A stretch of DNA of 8,697 nt, from the IMG/VR virus record IMGVR_UViG_3300005977_000014, positions 1 through 8,697 of that record; one strand, given 5' to 3'. The position numbers were made by a program, and so were the translations under genes. The notes beneath the pieces are model-generated. The model was not told the DNA's origin. It made no database searches and saw only the letters and a program-made list of their open reading frames with translations. Shown here one piece after another: positions 1-5,331 of the stretch (its first letter is position 1; each line of letters opens with the position of its first letter).

Positions 1-731
1 AAGCCCTCAGTTCCAGAAGGAACAATTGTAAAATCCATAACTTTGTAAAATGCATAAATATACTCTCTTGGATTTAGTCCAAATTCTGAAACAAAATGTA
101 CATTTTCAGGAACTTCAAAATCTTTAAATTGTTTATGAGAAATTATAAAGAAGTGAACTTTTTTGGCTAATTCTGGAATTTTAGTATTTATCTCCTGAAA
201 AACTTTAAGCATTAAATCCATATTTTTTCTCTTAGTTAAACCACTAACAATTCCAAATTTTACAGTATTTGGAAAATCTTTATCCAACTTTTGCTTTAAT
301 TGAATAGCTAATTTTTCAGCTTTTTCTACAATTTCAAAATTAATTCCATGGAAAACTGGAAGATCAGTTTGAAGACCGACTTCTTGAAGATTTTGAGCTG
401 TAAATTTACTATTTGGTATAAATGTTATATTTTCTAATAGATATTGATTTACAATATTTAAATTTGGAATTCCATCACATGTAGTATAAAAATACTTAAT
501 TCCGCGAAATTCATGAAATGTGTAAAGATATGGATTTAAAGATGGCGGATGAAATGGGACAAAAACAATTAATTTATCACTTTGTGGAATTAAATATGGA
601 TTTGTTGAAATTGTAACAATTTCACCATTTTTTCTGAGAACTGTAGCTATATCTTCTGCTACATTTCGAATCGAAGAATAATTCATAGTCAAAATTACGG
701 TTTTGTGGCGAACTGTGTTCGACACTTCCAT
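1..731 (-). CDS. Glycosyltransferase, GT-B fold (SIRV ORF335-like), 3' end outside the window
   Basis: Manual translation from ATG at 731: MEVSNTVRHKTVILTMNYSSIRNVAEDIATVLRKNGE...VFHGINFE...RKNMDLML...MDFTIVPSGTEG, open to base 1. The P-S-x-x-E-G motif is typical of GT4/GT-B enzymes. Rudiviruses carry this gene next to the capsid gene. Alternative ATG at 686. Confidence 0.9.
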   Translation of the reverse strand, partial: MEVSNTVRHKTVILTMNYSSIRNVAEDIATVLRKNGEIVTISTNPYLIPQSDKLIVFVPFHPPSLNPYLYTFHEFRGIKYFYTTCDGIPNLNIVNQYLLENITFIPNSKFTAQNLQEVGLQTDLPVFHGINFEIVEKAEKLAIQLKQKLDKDFPNTVKFGIVSGLTKRKNMDLMLKVFQEINTKIPELAKKVHFFIISHKQFKDFEVPENVHFVSEFGLNPREYIYAFYKVMDFTIVPSGTEG

Positions 732-737
732 GAGATT

Positions 738-760
738 TTTTTATTTGTCATGACACTAAA
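738..760. promoter_or_regulatory. Divergent promoter centred on the perfect palindrome TGTCATGACA (746-755)
   Basis: TTTTTTATT-TGTCA 17 nt before ATG 768 on +; TTTTTAG-TGTCA 19 nt before ATG 731 on -. Confidence 0.6.
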
Positions 761-767
761 AAATCAT

Positions 768-938
768 ATGCGTCAAGTTTTATATGAATGTCCAATTTGT
801 AAAATAATATACAAAAGTAGAAGCGGAATTATACATCATATAAAAAAATTCCATAAAAATATAACAATTAGGGATTGTAAAAGAATTAACACAAGAACTT
901 ACGAATATATTGAAATCAAGACTGAAGATGATGATTAA
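768..938 (+). CDS. C2H2 zinc-finger protein, 56 aa (SIRV ORF55-like), copy 1
   Basis: YECPIC-x12-HIKKFH. Start moved from GTG 705 (overlaps the glycosyltransferase) to ATG 768, which follows the TATA/GTCA motif. Confidence 0.85.
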   Translation: MRQVLYECPICKIIYKSRSGIIHHIKKFHKNITIRDCKRINTRTYEYIEIKTEDDD

Positions 939-995
939 TTTCAAGTTAAAAAGCCAAAAGTGACTTTTTTAAATGTCATTAATCAAAAAAATCAT

Positions 996-1166
996 ATGGG
1001 AATGTTTTTGTACGAATGTCCAGTTTGCGGATTCATAAGCAGAAATAGAAATAGTATGATTAATCATATAAAAAGACATAACAAAAATTTAAAATTAAGT
1101 GACTGTAAAAGGATTAGTAAAAAAACTTATGAATATATTGAAACAAAAGTAGAAGATAATGACTAA
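996..1166 (+). CDS. C2H2 zinc-finger protein, 56 aa, copy 2
   Basis: YECPVC-x12-HIKRH; same length and same DCKRI..TYEYIE.K.ED.D tail as copy 1. ATG 996 lies 17 nt after TTTTTAAA-TGTCA. Confidence 0.85.
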   Translation: MGMFLYECPVCGFISRNRNSMINHIKRHNKNLKLSDCKRISKKTYEYIETKVEDND

Positions 1167-1177
1167 AAGTTAAAAAT

Positions 1178-1225
1178 AATTTTTTTAAAAATTTAAATCC
1201 TAAAATAGAAAAAATAAAAAAATAG
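1178..1225. terminator. Probable bidirectional oligo(T) terminator region between convergent ZnF2 and capsid genes
   Basis: T7 at ~1180-1186 on + and several A-runs (T-runs on -) at ~1202-1222; archaeal intrinsic terminators are oligo(T). Confidence 0.4.
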
Positions 1226-1253
1226 AATAGCTTTAAAGATAATATAGAATTTT

Positions 1254-1658
1254 TTAGCTCACGTATCCAGTTGGAGATCCAGTTATAATATTAGTTACTG
1301 CATCTAATACTGTAGGATTTGCATTAAAGGCATTTATGTAATAAGCTTTCAAACCGTTAATCATGTTAACAAGAGCAGGACCACTGCCTAACCTATTCAA
1401 AGCTCTAGCAATTTTTAATCCAAAACCTTGATAAATGGCTCTTTGTGGACCAGTAATCCCATATTGTGTCAAGACCGCACTAACTTGCTCATTTACGGAA
1501 GTAAACTTTGGAACATGTGTTTGGAAATTTTGTTGTGCAACTGGAGATACATTAGCTAAAATTGTTGAAGCAACTGTTGGATTTGAAAATGATGCAAATT
1601 TAGCTTGCCATTTTGCATATCTTTGTGAATAGCTTCTTGGTGTTCTTCCTTTCGCCAT
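1254..1658 (-). CDS. Rudivirus major capsid (nucleocapsid) protein, 134 aa (SIRV ORF134-like)
   Basis: MAKGRTPRSYSQRYAKWQAKF...GFGLKIARALNRLGSGPALVNMINGLKAYY...IITGSPTGYVS is the recognisable SIRV-type coat protein sequence and length. Confidence 0.97.
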   Translation of the reverse strand: MAKGRTPRSYSQRYAKWQAKFASFSNPTVASTILANVSPVAQQNFQTHVPKFTSVNEQVSAVLTQYGITGPQRAIYQGFGLKIARALNRLGSGPALVNMINGLKAYYINAFNANPTVLDAVTNIITGSPTGYVS

Positions 1659-1666
1659 TTTTGGTC

Positions 1667-1701
1667 AATTAAAAATTTTAATTTCTACAATATAAATTTT
1701 C
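1667..1701 (-). promoter_or_regulatory. Capsid gene promoter (BRE/TATA GAAAATTTATA) with downstream 17-bp palindrome
   Basis: TTTATA on - at 1696-1691, ~32 nt before the ATG; AATTAAAA-A-TTTTAATT at 1667-1683. Confidence 0.55.
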
Positions 1702-1705
1702 ACGT

Positions 1706-1807
1706 CTTATATGTAATATGATGAATAATAATTGTTATAATTGGCGTAAAATTCAAGACAAAAGCTATATACATAATATTTTGTATATGAGCTGATTATA
1801 ATGTAAG
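1706..1807 (+). ncRNA. Candidate box C/D-like (K-turn) small RNA
   Basis: Box C ATGATGA 1718-1724, box D CTGA 1792-1795, closed by terminal stem CTTATATGTAA (1706-1716) / TTAT(A)ATGTAAG (1796-1807) with 3-nt bulge geometry. No clear C'/D' boxes. Confidence 0.4.
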
Positions 1808-1906
1808 TTGAAAAATTGGGATAATTCTGGAAATTATTAACTATCTAATATACTATCTTCAATTTTTTAAAAAGCTATTTAATTGTCAGTCATTTATATT
1901 AAAATT

Positions 1907-2224
1907 ATGGAACAGTTTGTATTATATGAATGTAGAAAGTTTAAAGATCAAGCCTTGAATTGGTTAAACGCTTTTTATTCGACAAGTATTTACTATTATA
2001 ATGTTATAGATAATGGTAACGAATTAATGATAAAAATAAGATTAACAGTACCACATAATTTTTATATAAAAAGATTGAACGGAATTGTAAGTTATATTAC
2101 AAAAACTTTTAGATATCCGCAATATATAAGAGTAAATTATAGATATGTAAAAAATTTCTTTGATTTGACAATAATTTGTGGCAGAAAAAATGATGATATA
2201 TATTTGTCAGAAAACGAAAAATAA
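1907..2224 (+). CDS. Hypothetical protein, 105 aa
   Basis: Open frame; start moved from TTG 1883 to ATG 1907, 18 nt after TATTTAAT-TGTCA. Confidence 0.75.
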   Translation: MEQFVLYECRKFKDQALNWLNAFYSTSIYYYNVIDNGNELMIKIRLTVPHNFYIKRLNGIVSYITKTFRYPQYIRVNYRYVKNFFDLTIICGRKNDDIYLSENEK

Positions 2225-2236
2225 AAATGAGAAAAA

Positions 2237-2479
2237 ATGGATAAAGAATGCCGTTTAATAATAGTTTTTTTAATTTTTCTAGCTTTTATATTTTTAGCTT
2301 TAGTAATTTTGTCATTAGGAATTCTAACAAAAAATATATTAGAAATTATAATATCAGTAATTTTTGCATCTGGAATTTTTGCATTTATGTATTTAGAAAT
2401 TTATGTCATTTTTGCAGATATTTATGATGAAATTGATGAACTTAAAGCTGAAATTGAAAGATTAAAAAAGAAGAAATGA
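2237..2479 (+). CDS. Small membrane protein, two TM helices plus C-terminal coiled coil, 80 aa
   Basis: Hydrophobic stretches LIIVFLIFLAFIFLALVILSLGIL and IIISVIFASGIFAFMYLEIYVIF, then IDELKAEIERLKKKK. Confidence 0.75.
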   Translation: MDKECRLIIVFLIFLAFIFLALVILSLGILTKNILEIIISVIFASGIFAFMYLEIYVIFADIYDEIDELKAEIERLKKKK

Positions 2480-2517
2480 ATAAAAATATATTTGTCATAA
2501 AGTTAAAAGTAAAAATC

Positions 2518-2736
2518 ATGGAAAATTATGATAATTCAAATTCTAAAAATGAACAACATATTTTGAAATCAATTTTAGAAAATTGTGATGAAAATAGTTA
2601 TTTTTGTACAGATTGGTGTTGTTATATAAAATGTAACGGAAAATGGTATAGAATTGAATATTTTGACCCATTAGGAACTATGGATGATGAATATATAGAA
2701 ATTTTTGAAGATGAACCTCCAAATATTGATTCCTAA
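2518..2736 (+). CDS. Small acidic Cys-rich hypothetical protein, 72 aa
   Basis: ATG 2518 lies 20 nt after AATATATT-TGTCA; the track's start at 2476 translates the promoter. Five Cys, about 17 D/E versus 5 K/R. Confidence 0.7.
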   Translation: MENYDNSNSKNEQHILKSILENCDENSYFCTDWCCYIKCNGKWYRIEYFDPLGTMDDEYIEIFEDEPPNIDS

Positions 2737-2800
2737 ACTAGAAAATAAAAAATAATTAGAAATATATTTGTCATATCTTATTTTTCAAACTCGATAAAAC

Positions 2801-3343
2801 ATGATCTTAAGTGATCGTGATTTAAAATACTATCTAGAAAAAGAATGGATAAAAATAGTGCCATATTCGGAAGAAATAGTAAGAGAAAATGGCGTAGATT
2901 TAAGAATTGGAAATCATTTTGCTAGATTGAAAAAAACAGATAAAGTATTCGAGCCAGATGATAATATAGAAGATTTTTACGAAATTGTAGATTCTTACGA
3001 AATTGTAATACAACCTCATGAACATTTATTAATGGAAACCCTTGAATATATAGAACTTCCAAACGATATTATGGCTTTTGTGAATCTACGTTCTACATAT
3101 GCTAGACTTGGAATTTCTATACCTCCAACAATTATAGATGCCGGATTTAAGGGTCAATTAACAATAGAAATTATTGGCTCAGAATTTCCAGTAAGATTAG
3201 CAACTGGAGAAAGATTTCTACATTTAATTTTCGCTAAAACATTATCTCCAGTAGAGAAACCATATCATGGAAAATATCAATATCAAAGAGGTGTAACTTT
3301 GCCAAGATTTGAAATATTTAAAAATAGTAACTATAAAAGTTAA
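2801..3343 (+). CDS. dcd: dCTP deaminase / trimeric dUTPase family protein, 180 aa
   Basis: [46 protein letters not shown] motifs of the Dcd/Dut superfamily; the SIRV homologue is described as a dUTPase. Confidence 0.92.
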   Translation: MILSDRDLKYYLEKEWIKIVPYSEEIVRENGVDLRIGNHFARLKKTDKVFEPDDNIEDFYEIVDSYEIVIQPHEHLLMETLEYIELPNDIMAFVNLRSTYARLGISIPPTIIDAGFKGQLTIEIIGSEFPVRLATGERFLHLIFAKTLSPVEKPYHGKYQYQRGVTLPRFEIFKNSNYKS

Positions 3344-3380
3344 AAGAAAAAAAATTAATAACTTAAGATAACTTTTTTTA

Positions 3381-3557
3381 TTAAAACGTAATTTTTTCAA
3401 TTTTAACTTCATCATTTTCTTTATTTCTGACATGATTATCTAAAAATTCTATAATCGCTAATCTGACAACTTCAGATCTATGAAATCTATGATTCATAGC
3501 ATAATTATCGAGTTCATCAAGGAGTTTTTCTGGAATTTTTATACTTATTACTCTCAT
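3381..3557 (-). CDS. Ribbon-helix-helix transcription regulator, 58 aa (SIRV ORF59b-like)
   Basis: Manual translation MRVISIKIPEKLLDELDNYAMNHRFHRSEVVRLAIIEFLDNHVRNKENDEVKIEKITF; CopG/RHH pattern; ATGA overlap with the upstream gene. Not in the ORF track. Confidence 0.88.
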   Translation of the reverse strand: MRVISIKIPEKLLDELDNYAMNHRFHRSEVVRLAIIEFLDNHVRNKENDEVKIEKITF

Positions 3558-3715
3558 TTTGATTGCCTCTTTTGTAAATATTCCTCTAACGCTTCCTCTA
3601 TAGCTTCAGTCATGGTAATGTTATTATTTACACAATAGATCTTTAGCCTTCTCTTTAGCTCTTTATCTATATGTATCCCAAACGTAATTCTTTCCTTTTT
3701 TGTTTTCTCCATCAT
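3554..3715 (-). CDS. svtR: SvtR-like RHH repressor, 53 aa (SIRV ORF56b-like)
   Basis: Manual translation MMEKTKKERITFGIHIDKELKRRLKIYCVNNNITMTEAIEEALEEYLQKRQSK matches the recalled SvtR pattern FGI..DK.LK.RLK.YC..NN....AIEEA..EYLQKR; SD-like GAGGAG upstream. Not in the ORF track. Confidence 0.88.
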   Translation of the reverse strand: MMEKTKKERITFGIHIDKELKRRLKIYCVNNNITMTEAIEEALEEYLQKRQSK

Positions 3716-3813
3716 TTCTCCTCAGTTTATAAACATACATTATGACAAATTTATATATTTCGAATTTTTGCACAAACTTTATTATTAAGTAATTTGTAAA
3801 TAACAGAATTGAA
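3716..3813. promoter_or_regulatory. Divergent svtR / PVAP promoter region
   Basis: ATATATAAAT-TTGTCA on - (TGACA 3743-3747); AAAC-TTTATTA at 3774-3784 on +; palindromes GTTTATAAAC 3725-3734 and TTTG-CA-CAAA 3767-3776. Confidence 0.6.
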
Positions 3814-4113
3814 ATGTCAACAATACAATATGCAGTAGAAGGATTTCTAGTACTAATGGGCGTATTAATAGGAAGCTATGTAGTCGGAGAAATAGTACAT
3901 CTTTACAATCAAAAACAAACAAATGAATCATTCCAATTAGCTATTGATCAAATGACAAAATCTACAATCTCAGCAGTTGAAAGTATTAAAGATACTACAA
4001 CTCTTGGAATTAATTCACTTTTGAACATGGATACACTTAGAGATGTAAATGCATTAGCACAGAAAAAAGCTGAACAAAATTCAAACTCTCAACAACAGTC
4101 ACAAAGTAAATAA
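3814..4113 (+). CDS. Virus-associated pyramid protein PVAP (SIRV2 P98 / STIV C92 family), virion egress
   Basis: N-terminal TM helix then GEIVHLYN.KQ.NE.F..AIDQM.KST..A.ESIKDTT..GIN.LLNMDTLRDVN, the conserved PVAP core. Confidence 0.93.
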   Translation: MSTIQYAVEGFLVLMGVLIGSYVVGEIVHLYNQKQTNESFQLAIDQMTKSTISAVESIKDTTTLGINSLLNMDTLRDVNALAQKKAEQNSNSQQQSQSK

Positions 4114-4114
4114 T

Positions 4115-4459
4115 TTATTTTTGATTTTTTAACATATAAGTTAAAACTTTTTTTATATCTTTTTTTGTTTTCGGAACTAATTGAATTCTAATATCCGAAT
4201 GTTTTGGCATTCGTTTATGAACTCTGGAATAGTCAAGTTTTTTATTCGTGAAAACTAAAACATGGTAATGAAGTCCATGTAATCTTGTTGTATATTCTTT
4301 TACGCTAAATACATGAGAATTTTTATCATGATTATAGATATATTGCCGAAATTTTTTATAGATTTTTGTCGTATCATTATAGCGATAATTCGTAGAAATT
4401 GTAACAAAATAAGTATAACTATAAAGAAAATGATAGCTAAAAACTTTTTCACAGTTCAC
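4115..4459 (-). CDS. rep: HUH endonuclease Rep (SIRV ORF119c-like), 114 aa
   Basis: Motif I FVTIST, HUH motif GLHYHVLVF, catalytic YMLK; GTG start 17 nt after TTTAAA-TGTCA. Confidence 0.92.
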   Translation of the reverse strand: MNCEKVFSYHFLYSYTYFVTISTNYRYNDTTKIYKKFRQYIYNHDKNSHVFSVKEYTTRLHGLHYHVLVFTNKKLDYSRVHKRMPKHSDIRIQLVPKTKKDIKKVLTYMLKNQK

Positions 4460-4476
4460 ACATGTAAATGAAAATC

Positions 4477-4498
4477 TGACATTTAAATGTATATGTCA
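4477..4498. promoter_or_regulatory. Overlapping divergent promoters/operator for rep and the 90-aa RHH gene
   Basis: TGACAT-N10-ATGTCA inverted repeat containing the perfect 12-bp palindrome ACATTTAAATGT (4479-4490). Confidence 0.6.
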
Positions 4499-4530
4499 TC
4501 TTTATATATTTTATAAAAATAAAGAAATAT

Positions 4531-4803
4531 GTGAAGCGCCAAAAGAACAAATATATAGAAATTCGCATACCAAGTAAATATAAAAATATTTTTTACGAAA
4601 AAAGAGACTTAATAAAACAAGAAATTGACAAAATACTAAATGGAGAAAAACAATTTAAGCCAATAGAAAGTACAGATAACTATGATGAACGTGTTTTCTT
4701 CACAATTGATGAATTGTACTATCAAAAACTTGAAGAATTAGCTAAAAAATATAATCTCAAAATCTCAAAAATCATAAGATCCATATTCTTCAAGTTAATT
4801 TAA
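4531..4803 (+). CDS. Putative RHH DNA-binding protein, 90 aa (possibly tandem RHH)
   Basis: C-terminal RVFFTIDELYYQKLEELAKKYNLKISKIIRSIF is RHH-like; N-terminal KYIEIRIPSKYK resembles a second ribbon. GTG start; T-rich tract follows. Confidence 0.75.
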   Translation: MKRQKNKYIEIRIPSKYKNIFYEKRDLIKQEIDKILNGEKQFKPIESTDNYDERVFFTIDELYYQKLEELAKKYNLKISKIIRSIFFKLI

Positions 4804-4804
4804 A

Positions 4805-4826
4805 TCTTTTTTTATTTCTTTTTTCT
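4805..4826 (+). terminator. Oligo(T) terminator candidate
   Basis: TCTTTTTTTATTTCTTTTTTCT directly after the stop at 4803. Confidence 0.45.
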
Positions 4827-4904
4827 CATGGAGAATATATTAAGCTATTAAATTCTTAAATATTTAAATTTGTCATATTTCAAACTTTTAATTCGGGAAA
4901 CAAG

Positions 4905-5306
4905 ATGGCAAGCCTGAAGGAAATAATAGATGAATTAGGTAAAACTGCAAAAGAACAGAATAAAATAGTTAGCAGAATTTTAAAGATAAAAGGATTAAAA
5001 AGACTAGTAGTACAACTAAATGCAGTTCCACAAGATGGCAAAGTAAGATATTCTATGACCATTCATAGCCAAAATAACTTTAGAAAACAGTTAGGAATAA
5101 CTGCTAATGATGCTGAAGATTTAAGATTAATCTCAGAATTTTTAAATAAATATAAAGATATTTTAGATGAATATGTAAAATTTACACCAAGAAATAATTC
5201 AATATCACAAGTTGAGGAATTAGAACTAGAAGAAAAAGAAGAAAAACAAAAAGAGGAAAAAAAGGAGAAAAAAACACAAAAGAAAAACGTAGAAGATGAA
5301 TTTTAA
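4905..5306 (+). CDS. Single-stranded DNA-binding protein (SIRV2 gp17/ORF131b-like), 133 aa
   Basis: MASLKEII...SRILKIKGLKRLVVQLNAVP...YSMTIHS.NNFRKQ.GI pattern, long charged tail ending VEDEF; first gene of the known gp17-18-19 operon. Confidence 0.88.
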   Translation: MASLKEIIDELGKTAKEQNKIVSRILKIKGLKRLVVQLNAVPQDGKVRYSMTIHSQNNFRKQLGITANDAEDLRLISEFLNKYKDILDEYVKFTPRNNSISQVEELELEEKEEKQKEEKKEKKTQKKNVEDEF

Positions 5307-5331
5307 AACGTCATAAGTTACGATTTTTTTT

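Noticed and set aside
705-767. N-terminal extension of ZnF1 from GTG 705 (likewise 960-995, 1883-1906, 2476-2517, 8223-8273)
   Set aside because: These extensions translate promoter sequence; downstream ATGs fit promoter spacing, SD position or paralogue length.
1435-1632. 65-aa Cys-rich + strand ORF
   Set aside because: Antisense shadow wholly inside the capsid gene.
1718-1795. 25-codon ORF MMNNNCYNWRKIQDKSYIHNILYMS spanning box C to box D
   Set aside because: Very short, no motif; its ATG and TGA are supplied by the box sequences. Cannot be fully excluded as an alternative to the RNA model.
3242-3433. 63-aa - strand ORF
   Set aside because: Overlaps the dcd 3' end antisense and the real RHH gene (3381-3557) in another frame.
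4448-4463. TGTGAAC/TGTGAA duplication suggesting a frameshifted rep start (ATG TGT GAA AAA)
   Set aside because: The GTG start gives an intact Rep at normal promoter spacing and with an N-terminus of the length recalled for SIRV Rep; no pseudogene call needed.
4880-5062. 60-aa - strand ORF
   Set aside because: Antisense to the SSB gene.
5225-5290. GAAAAA-type repeats at the end of the SSB gene
   Set aside because: Low-complexity Glu/Lys coding sequence of the disordered tail, not a DNA repeat element.
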